DNA of 64,000 nucleotides, taken from assembly GCA_934754335.1 (NCBI GenBank), contig CAKVHY010000003.1, forward strand, positions 64,419 through 128,418, in the 5' to 3' direction. The DNA comes from an uncultured Clostridia bacterium (GTDB lineage Bacteria; Bacillota; Clostridia; Christensenellales; UBA1242). Shown in pieces: positions 56,555 through 64,000 of this stretch (positions are counted from its first letter, which is position 1; each line of letters starts with the position of its first letter). Position numbers and translations under genes: made by a program. The notes beneath the pieces are model-generated. The model had not been told where the DNA came from, searched no databases, and was given only the letters and a program-made list of their open reading frames with translations.

Positions 56555-59500
56555 CTGCAACTCCTTCAATTATCTCATTAAACTTTTCCATGTTTCCAAC
56601 TTTCTTTTCTTCTTTATAGTTGTTACCATAAAGTTCACTAAAACCGCAAATAGCCTTATAATTACACCATTTGCATTGCAAACTATTTAAGTCTTTTCCA
56701 AGCGGATATGGCTCTATAACGCCCTTTAATATATCATCACAAGCACTTTTTAGCATCTTGAAAGAATAATCTGAAATCTTATGAAAATCGCTTTCGTTTA
56801 TCATTTTATTTGTAAAAACAATATTCCCTTTCTTTGTTTTTACATTAACTATTTTACTTTCAATATCTGCTTCGTTTAGGTTATCATCAAATTTTAAAAC
56901 CGTTGAAATTGATTCTTCCATAACACCTTGAAGTTTGTATAAATCCAAAGAATCTTCTTTTGAAAAAGAATTTAAAATAGGCATGTAGAAAACACCAACA
57001 GGTTTCTTATTCGATACTTTCTCAAACGCCATTAGGTATATAAACAACTGTATTTTCTTTCCATTTGCAACATCGCTAAAATCTTCAAAAGTTGAACTGC
57101 TTTTGCCTGTTTTATAGTCAATTATTCTAAACTCATTATCTGAAATATCAACCCTATCTATAAAACCTTTCACAGTTAAATGTTTGCCCATGGAATCAAA
57201 CTCAATCTTCTCGCCTTCTTTCTCAAAAGCATATTCTAAGAGTTTTGGACTGGTTATAAACTTGCTATGTTTTTGCTGATAAATCAACGCCTTCAAAATT
57301 CTAACTGCTTCGTCTTTAAGACTCTCAACAAAGTAATTTAAAGCCGAATTCTTTTGAACATAATCATAGTTTGAATTATTTTTAAGTATGTAATCCAATG
57401 TTTCCGTGGCAATGCTCCTTGCGTTTTTTTCAAACTCAGGCTCGTTATAATGTTTAACCACCTTAGGCATAATCATTCTTAAAAACTCATGCAAAATATT
57501 TCCATTATCCATGGCGGTTATTTCACTCAACTTATTTTCTTCCAACTTCAATCCATAATCAATAAAATGTTGATATGGACAATGATAAAATCTTTCAATT
57601 TCACTAATACTCACCTTTAAATTTTTAAAATAAACCAAGTTTGCATCGCTTAAATTTTCAACCTTATTAACATGCTTTCTATTTTTTAAAATGAATGCAG
57701 GAAAGTTTGAGAACTTAGATAATGAATTATTTAAAGTTGATGATAACTTAACAAAGTTTTTATTATTGGAAAAAGACTTCCATTGCTTAATCATAAATAA
57801 GAAATTATCTTTGGCTGTGTTTTGATTGAAGTTATTAAAAATAAAATTCTTCTGATTTATTGCATACTCAGAATTTGAGATAAAATCGCAAAGTTTAGTT
57901 CCGTTTATAATGTTTAAATCCAAAATCTTAGCCACTTGTTCCACCCAAATAGCAGGATAACAATCTTCACCCGATGCATTGCAAGATTTATAAGAAATGA
58001 TAACATTTTCACCAATAAATAGATTTTCGAAAACTTTAAATCTTTTTCTTTTATTGATAACCGCCACCGTTGGATTTAATTTATTTTTATTAGACAACTT
58101 GGAAATATCTTTATCAGTTATAATTCCTGTATCTAGATTATATGATGGCATAACTCCTTCATTCGCTCCCAAAATATAAACAAAATGATTATTTGGAACA
58201 AAACTTTTTTCAAAATCGCCAACAAACACAGAATCTAGAGCAAGCGGTGGCAACACTAATGTGGAATCAGCCAAGTAAGCCTCAAATAAATCCACAAACT
58301 CTTTTATTGTTACAAACTCTTTTGAAAAAACACCATTTAATTCTTCAAAAGCCTTTGTTAGTTTATTAATAACTTGTAAGTTTTTTCGATACAATGTAAT
58401 ATCGTTCTCATTTAAACACTTTTCTTGAAAAGCAGTTAGACGATTATCAAAATCAAGTTCGGTTAAGAAATCTTTGATTGTGGAAATAAAATCTCCCACT
58501 GTTTGTTCCTGCCTACACTTCTCTCTATAACTATTTAAAATATCTAAAATGGGAAGTGGCGATTTTAAATTTTGGTTATTCAATAGTCCATAACCCATAA
58601 TGCCATATCTATTTACATATTTCTCGTAATCATAAACTTTTAATTTGTCTTCCCCACTAAAATCACTTTTTAAGAAAGACAACACATCGTATTTATCAAA
58701 ATCAGAACTTATAATCTTTAAAAGATTTATAACCTGCCTAACTATGTAATTTTCATTCAAACTATCTGCCATATCAAAATAATAAGGCATTTCAAATTTT
58801 TCAAACTCTTTTATAAGCAAGGATTTATATTCCAAAAACGATGGAACAATAATTGAAAAATCCTTAAATTTTAATCCTTCATTTATTATCTTAAACTTTA
58901 TATCTGCCACCGTTCTTTTAACTTCATCATAGATATTGGAATAACTATAAATGGAATAGCCTTGATTGAAATCCAACTTTATCTTTTCTTCTTTGAAGTT
59001 TTTATCTAAGGAAAGAGAATAAAGATTTGTTTCTAAATCATTTTTTATTTCGCCTGATTTTATAATATTAGGAACAATATTAAGCATACCAGCCAAATCT
59101 TGAATATCATAAAAAATACTATTCAAGAATATGTTTGAATTTTCAACCCTAGAATTTGCTTTACTCCAAGTGGTGGCAATAGAAACAGAAGCGGAGTATT
59201 TAATAAGAGCATTTATGATTAAAAGTTGTTGCTTAGTAAAATCTTCAAAACCAACAAAATAAAAATCTGTATTTTTATAACTCTCCTTAGTAATTTTTGA
59301 TGCAAACAAACTAAGCCTATTAAAACTATCTGTATAATTATTTTGCAAAAAATCTTCATACTTTTGATAAACAAACTTAATATCTTTTAGTTTTAAATTT
59401 AGAGCATTAAAACTTGTTTGTTCATCAATATCGCTTGGATTTATATTACAACTTTTAAATAAGCAAATAGTGTTATAAAGTTCGCTACTAAATCCATTAA

Positions 59501-59831
59501 AATTGATAGCCTTTTTAAAGTTTACTAATTTCTCTTTATTGTCTATCAAAATCTTTTTTATAATTGCAACCGCTGTGTTCTTATTTAAAATTTTTTCATT
59601 AAAATTGTTGTCAGTTAAAAACTTATTTGAAAGCCTTGAAAAAGTTAGGACGTCTAAATCAATTAAGGCTTCCTGATTAAGATAAGAGAACAACTTTTTC
59701 TCTATATCTAAAGTACACCTATCTGGTGCAATAATTATATGCTTTTTAGATTTATCTCTTTTAAATAAATTCTTTAGCAAGTTTTCTTCGCTTTTTCTAT
59801 TCAATAAAGAAACATAAAGATTTAAGGTCAT
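56544..59831 (-). CDS. addB: helicase-nuclease AddB (inactive helicase-like plus nuclease with Fe-S cluster cysteines)
   Basis: It has the nuclease motif GFIDRVD...IIDYKTGK and the terminal Cys cluster CKWCNYKAIC plus an upstream CPYQHF. It is positioned upstream of addA. Confidence 0.85.
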   Translation of the reverse strand: MTLNLYVSLLNRKSEENLLKNLFKRDKSKKHIIIAPDRCTLDIEKKLFSYLNQEALIDLDVLTFSRLSNKFLTDNNFNEKILNKNTAVAIIKKILIDNKEKLVNFKKAINFNGFSSELYNTICLFKSCNINPSDIDEQTSFNALNLKLKDIKFVYQKYEDFLQNNYTDSFNRLSLFASKITKESYKNTDFYFVGFEDFTKQQLLIINALIKYSASVSIATTWSKANSRVENSNIFLNSIFYDIQDLAGMLNIVPNIIKSGEIKNDLETNLYSLSLDKNFKEEKIKLDFNQGYSIYSYSNIYDEVKRTVADIKFKIINEGLKFKDFSIIVPSFLEYKSLLIKEFEKFEMPYYFDMADSLNENYIVRQVINLLKIISSDFDKYDVLSFLKSDFSGEDKLKVYDYEKYVNRYGIMGYGLLNNQNLKSPLPILDILNSYREKCRQEQTVGDFISTIKDFLTELDFDNRLTAFQEKCLNENDITLYRKNLQVINKLTKAFEELNGVFSKEFVTIKEFVDLFEAYLADSTLVLPPLALDSVFVGDFEKSFVPNNHFVYILGANEGVMPSYNLDTGIITDKDISKLSNKNKLNPTVAVINKRKRFKVFENLFIGENVIISYKSCNASGEDCYPAIWVEQVAKILDLNIINGTKLCDFISNSEYAINQKNFIFNNFNQNTAKDNFLFMIKQWKSFSNNKNFVKLSSTLNNSLSKFSNFPAFILKNRKHVNKVENLSDANLVYFKNLKVSISEIERFYHCPYQHFIDYGLKLEENKLSEITAMDNGNILHEFLRMIMPKVVKHYNEPEFEKNARSIATETLDYILKNNSNYDYVQKNSALNYFVESLKDEAVRILKALIYQQKHSKFITSPKLLEYAFEKEGEKIEFDSMGKHLTVKGFIDRVDISDNEFRIIDYKTGKSSSTFEDFSDVANGKKIQLFIYLMAFEKVSNKKPVGVFYMPILNSFSKEDSLDLYKLQGVMEESISTVLKFDDNLNEADIESKIVNVKTKKGNIVFTNKMINESDFHKISDYSFKMLKSACDDILKGVIEPYPLGKDLNSLQCKWCNYKAICGFSELYGNNYKEEKKVGNMEKFNEIIEGVADDK

Positions 59832-59901
59832 ATTTTTTTCATCCTAGGAGTATAGATTATATATATACTATATCAAAAAAATAAAAGATTTTAAAGCGAT
59901 T

Positions 59902-60165
59902 TTAATCTTTTATCAAACTCTTTAAATTTTCAATCTGATTATGATAGTATCTTAATTTTTTTCTATAAATCTCTTCAAGTTCATAGGACACAGATTTTTT
60001 TACAAGCCTAATAAATCCTAAAAACAAATTAATCATATCTTTCTCAGATAATAAATTGCTCTTATCTTTAAACTTCAAAACATTAGGATTTTTAATTAAA
60101 TAAAACGATAATTTTTTAAAACCTTTGCAAGGTTTTAGAGATGATTTTAAAACATATAATTTCAT
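59902..60165 (-). CDS. hypothetical small basic protein
   Basis: It is an 87-aa ORF supported only by length and context. Confidence 0.35.
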   Translation of the reverse strand: MKLYVLKSSLKPCKGFKKLSFYLIKNPNVLKFKDKSNLLSEKDMINLFLGFIRLVKKSVSYELEEIYRKKLRYYHNQIENLKSLIKD

Positions 60166-60227
60166 ACTCTAATGATTAACAAATTAATTAAATTTAAACT
60201 TATAATTTAAAATTAAAGGAGAAATTA

Positions 60228-61184
60228 ATGAATACAAAATATTTACATTTTGAAAACGATAATAGCGTTATGGTCAGCATCAATGGTGTTAATGTCACAC
60301 AATCCATAGGTTTTGACAATAAATTTATAAATATTGCATATCACTCTCCTTCAATAATTATATCAGTTAATCCTTGCTCAACAATAAATAATCAATTATT
60401 AAGTTTCACAGAAAGGATAGATTTTAATAAAACAAATGATAATAATTTAATCAAAGTTATTCCATTTAGAAATAATCATTATGAATTAAAATTTGATAAA
60501 ATTAAAGCGCCAATTAGTTCTAGAAATGAGATTGTGGCAGATGAATATTTTGGAAAATTAAATATTGTGGTTTCTAATAATTCAATTGGAAATATTTTAA
60601 TTTATGAAAATAGCAAACTAAAAAAACAACTCACCACCCTTGCAGTTTTAGATGCTGATATTAAACAAAAAGATGATAAATTAATAATTCTATGTGGTTT
60701 AAAAAATGGTCAATATTATGCTTGCATTTTAAATATAGATAGTTTAGAAATATTATTCGAAAAAGAAGTTGATTCAATTGAAGAAAATGCAGATGAGATT
60801 AAAACTTTAACAAAAGTTAACGATTTTGCAAAGCATGGAATTGTTAAATCATATAATCTAAAAAGTGGGCAAACAGATGAATATAATATCTATCTAAACG
60901 GAGAAGCAAATAGAACAAATAATAATTTATTAATCCCCTATGCGTTTTTGGAAGCAATAAAAATTAAAAACTTTAATCTTTCGAAAAGTTACTTATCTAA
61001 TGGTTTTGATAATATCTCTAAAGAGCATTTTGAAAATTATTTTGGAGATATAAAAAATGTTTATCTAGATTCATATAATTTAGATAGTTATGTGATTCCT
61101 TATGTGGTGGAAACAAATAAGGGTTTTGATTACTATGATTTTTCAATAGATAATGGCAAAATCATTGATATAAACAAACTTTAA
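60228..61184 (+). CDS. hypothetical protein
   Basis: It is a 318-aa ORF with the SD AAGGAGAAA upstream and no recognisable motif. Confidence 0.55.
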   Translation: MNTKYLHFENDNSVMVSINGVNVTQSIGFDNKFINIAYHSPSIIISVNPCSTINNQLLSFTERIDFNKTNDNNLIKVIPFRNNHYELKFDKIKAPISSRNEIVADEYFGKLNIVVSNNSIGNILIYENSKLKKQLTTLAVLDADIKQKDDKLIILCGLKNGQYYACILNIDSLEILFEKEVDSIEENADEIKTLTKVNDFAKHGIVKSYNLKSGQTDEYNIYLNGEANRTNNNLLIPYAFLEAIKIKNFNLSKSYLSNGFDNISKEHFENYFGDIKNVYLDSYNLDSYVIPYVVETNKGFDYYDFSIDNGKIIDINKL

Positions 61185-61265
61185 AAATTTATAAATGAAG
61201 TTCATATTTTATTGTTAAATTTTAGATAATAATGTATAATACTAATGTAATTTGAAGGAGAGAAT

Positions 61266-61967
61266 ATGGATCAATATATTCCCTACATAATCATCATTGG
61301 TGTTGTACTTTTTTTGATTATATCTGTGGCAACATCTAGAAGTAGGATTAAAAAGATTTATAGAAAATATATGGAAATTCCAAACTCGTTAGATTTAACT
61401 GGTAAAGAATTTGCATTTATTTCTAAAAGAAATCTAAGGCTTACAAATCTAAAATTTGCTTTAACTAATGTGGAACTTGGCGATGCTTATAGTTCAAGTA
61501 GTAAAACTTTAATTATGAGCGAAAAGGTTTGTAATAGTGCTTCAATTGCATCAATCGCAATTGTGGCTCACGAACTTGGGCATGCAGTTCAAGATAGAAA
61601 CAAAAGTTTCTTATTAAATCTAACTCACCTTTTTAGGAAAATTACAAGATTTACAAATAAGTTTATAGTCCCTTGCTTTCTTATTAGTTTGGTGTGCTTT
61701 TTTGTTAAATCAATAGATATTCAAGTTTGCTTAACCTTCCTTTATATTGGCTCGATTTTATTTGTGTTGCACGTATTTAATCACTTGCTGTATATTCCAG
61801 TTGAGTATGGGGCTAGCAATATAGCAATGAGATATTTGAAAATGTGCAAGGGTTTCAAACTTAAAGAATATGATAAAATTAGATATTTATTAAATGTGGC
61901 AGTGCAAACATATATAGCAAGTTTCTTTGATGGGGTTTTCTTGTTCGCATTTAAAAGGAGAAAATAA
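61266..61967 (+). CDS. YugP-like putative neutral zinc metallopeptidase (membrane)
   Basis: It has HExxH in VAHELGHAVQD, an N-terminal TM and a C-terminal TM pair. The SD AAGGAGAG lies upstream. Confidence 0.75.
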   Translation: MDQYIPYIIIIGVVLFLIISVATSRSRIKKIYRKYMEIPNSLDLTGKEFAFISKRNLRLTNLKFALTNVELGDAYSSSSKTLIMSEKVCNSASIASIAIVAHELGHAVQDRNKSFLLNLTHLFRKITRFTNKFIVPCFLISLVCFFVKSIDIQVCLTFLYIGSILFVLHVFNHLLYIPVEYGASNIAMRYLKMCKGFKLKEYDKIRYLLNVAVQTYIASFFDGVFLFAFKRRK

Positions 61968-62707
61968 TGATTAGTTTTTTAGGAGTCGGCTTATATTATA
62001 GTTATTATCTTTGGGGCTTAATTTTAATCCCTGGAATACTATTAGGAATTTACGCTCAGGCAAAAGTTCAAAGGGCTTATACGGAAAATTCAGCAGTTTA
62101 TTCAAGTCTTGGAATAAGTTCGCACGATGCTGCTGTTAAACTTTTAGAAGCGAAGGGTTTGAGTGACGTGAAAATCAATAGAATATCTGGAGAGTTAACA
62201 GATAATTATAACCCAAGAAAGAAAACAGTAAATTTAAGCGATGGTAATTATGATAACACTAGCCTTTCGGCTTTAGGAGTAACCGCTCATGAGATTGGCC
62301 ACGCAGTTCAACATAAAGAAAAATACTTTCCGCTAGTACTTAGAAATATTTTGATTCCAATCAATAATATTATATCACCGCTAGTTTGGATTGTTTTAAT
62401 CCTTGGAGTTTTCCTAGATTTCCTTTATGCTGTTACAAATATTGGTGAGATTTTAATTTACGTTGGAATTGGAATATTCGCATTATCCACAATTATTAGC
62501 ATTATCACCCTACCTGTGGAATTTAACGCTAGCAAAAGAGCAATGGAAATGTTGCTTGAAAACGGAATCATAACTCCTGATGAAACAAGACAAGTTAAGC
62601 AAGTGTTAAGTGCTGCAGCATTAACATATGTGGCAGGAACAGTTACAAGTATTTTAAGTTTGTTAAGGATTATATTAGTTTTTGCAGGCAATAGAAAAAG
62701 AAAATAG
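61967..62707 (+). CDS. YugP-like putative neutral zinc metallopeptidase (membrane), tandem paralogue
   Basis: It has VTAHEIGHAVQH. Its start overlaps the upstream stop in TAATG, and the SD AAAGGAG lies upstream. Confidence 0.75.
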   Translation: MISFLGVGLYYSYYLWGLILIPGILLGIYAQAKVQRAYTENSAVYSSLGISSHDAAVKLLEAKGLSDVKINRISGELTDNYNPRKKTVNLSDGNYDNTSLSALGVTAHEIGHAVQHKEKYFPLVLRNILIPINNIISPLVWIVLILGVFLDFLYAVTNIGEILIYVGIGIFALSTIISIITLPVEFNASKRAMEMLLENGIITPDETRQVKQVLSAAALTYVAGTVTSILSLLRIILVFAGNRKRK

Positions 62708-62788
62708 ATTTGAAAACTAATATGTTAGATTTAAATATAATTATATGGAACTAAAAAAAGAGCAGAATTTGCTCTTTTTTTTATCTTA

Positions 62789-64000
62789 TTAACCCGCATT
62801 GTAATCTGCCAAGGTTTGACTCCAATATGTTGTGCAAGCATTTGAACTATCATAGTAATTCCAATATGTGCCCCAACCACTTGGCTTACTGCCTGCTTCG
62901 CAGTAGATTTTAAGAGTGGATGAACAGTCGCAGAATGGAGAATTAGAATAACTAGATGCAGATATTGTTGTAACCGATGAAGGAATATATATTTTTGTTA
63001 GTTTTGTACAAGAGGCAAATGCATAATACCCTATACTTGTTACACTATTAGGAATTGTTATATTTGTTAATCCGCTGCAACCGAGGAACGCACAATAACC
63101 TACCTTTGTCACAGTATTTGAAATAACTGTTGTTTTACAACCTTGAATTAATGTGTTGCTAGCGGTTTCTATAATTGCATTACAATTGTCTCGGCTATCA
63201 TATTTTGTATTACCACTTGCGACTTTTATACTTGTTAATCCGCTACAATTAGAAAATGCAAGATTCCCTATACTTGTTACACTATCTGGAATTGTTATAC
63301 TTGTTAAGCCGATACAATACTGAAATGCATAATTCCCTATACTCGTTACACTATCTGGAATTGTTATACTTGTTAAGCCGATACATTGTTGAAATGCAGC
63401 ATTCTCTATACTTGTTACACCATCTGGAATCGTTATACTTGTTAATCCGCTACAATCAAAAAATGCAGATCTCCCTATACTTGTTACACTATCTGGAATT
63501 GTTATACTTGTTAATCCGCTACATTCTTGAAATGCAGAAAAACCTATACTTGTTACACTATCTGGTATTGTTATGCTTGTTAAGCCACTACAAGAATAAA
63601 ATGCTTGATAATCTATACTTATTACACTATTTGGAATTGTTATTTTTGTTAATTTAGTACAAGATTCAAATGCCCCATTACTAGCACCTTCTGGGGGCCC
63701 TCCTTCAGCAGCGATTTTTTTTGTAACACTTGTATTTAATATATTACTAGCATTTATAGTACTACTAACACTATCAACGCTTATTCCTAAAATACTATTT
63801 GGTAGTACAACGCTTGTTATATTTTGATTATTATAAAAAGCATTTTTCCCTATCCTTGTAACATGTTTTCCATTATACTTATTTGGAATTACGAGTTCAC
63901 CTGTTGCTCCATTAGATGAAACCGCATATGAATTCCCTTCACTATTCAATTCAAATTCTAACCCATCATATGATGCTTCCCTAGTATACAAATTTGTACT
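62789..64000 (-). CDS. BspA-like leucine-rich repeat (LRR_5 type) protein with its N-terminus outside the window
   Basis: It has at least 8 consecutive 23-aa repeats CSGLTSITIPDSVTSIGxxAFxx. The frame stays open to position 64000. Confidence 0.8.
   Translation of the reverse strand, partial: STNLYTREASYDGLEFELNSEGNSYAVSSNGATGELVIPNKYNGKHVTRIGKNAFYNNQNITSVVLPNSILGISVDSVSSTINASNILNTSVTKKIAAEGGPPEGASNGAFESCTKLTKITIPNSVISIDYQAFYSCSGLTSITIPDSVTSIGFSAFQECSGLTSITIPDSVTSIGRSAFFDCSGLTSITIPDGVTSIENAAFQQCIGLTSITIPDSVTSIGNYAFQYCIGLTSITIPDSVTSIGNLAFSNCSGLTSIKVASGNTKYDSRDNCNAIIETASNTLIQGCKTTVISNTVTKVGYCAFLGCSGLTNITIPNSVTSIGYYAFASCTKLTKIYIPSSVTTISASSYSNSPFCDCSSTLKIYCEAGSKPSGWGTYWNYYDSSNACTTYWSQTLADYNAG
63025..63660. 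repeat. 69-bp tandem coding repeats (LRR units) with high DNA identity
   Basis: CCTATACTTGTTACACTATCTGGAATTGTTATACTTGTTAA recurs in exact 69-bp phase (for example at 63266 and 63335). Confidence 0.85.

Noticed and set aside
63256-63657. A 133-aa plus-strand ORF has a striking LYLLHYLELLYLL periodic sequence.
   Set aside because: It is the antisense reading of the 69-bp LRR coding repeats, so its periodicity is inherited from the real minus-strand gene.

Overview
The window is a visibly AT-rich, low-GC Bacillota-type chromosomal segment. This is supported by a T-box leader on pheST, AddAB, a SipW-type signal peptidase and acpS-mazF synteny. The standard genetic code applies and most genes lie on the minus strand. 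Housekeeping blocks flank a roughly 30 kb accessory island at about 13.2-43.0 kb, which I consider the interesting system. The left block (0-13 kb) holds TraX, mscL, a Cls-like protein, a DAC-like protein, yqeY, tRNA-Glu, mazF, acpS, recX, yigZ, NifU-like plus GGGtGRT, and mnmA. The right block (43-64 kb) holds an SPT-like oxoamine synthase, tRNA-Gln, pheST, an MFS transporter, a membrane coiled-coil protein, addAB, two YugP-like peptidases and an LRR protein. The island contains: (a) six paralogous TasA/camelysin-like beta-rich secreted proteins with SipW-type signal peptides; (b) an enlarged SipW signal peptidase coupled to a fused MacB-type ABC ATPase/permease; (c) an orphan VirD4-type coupling ATPase and a 970-aa VirB6-like polytopic protein, with no VirB4, relaxase or integrase in the window; (d) a divergently transcribed 3,592-aa giant surface protein anchored by a C-terminal TM helix; (e) a truncated Rho paralogue lacking the P-loop; (f) three tandem VirB2/TrbC-like mini-proteins; and (g) a WYL regulator. 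The intergenic regions around the fibre-subunit genes carry unusual tandem repeat arrays with periods of about 75 bp and 36 bp. All functional calls rest on by-eye motif recognition. No database search was possible.
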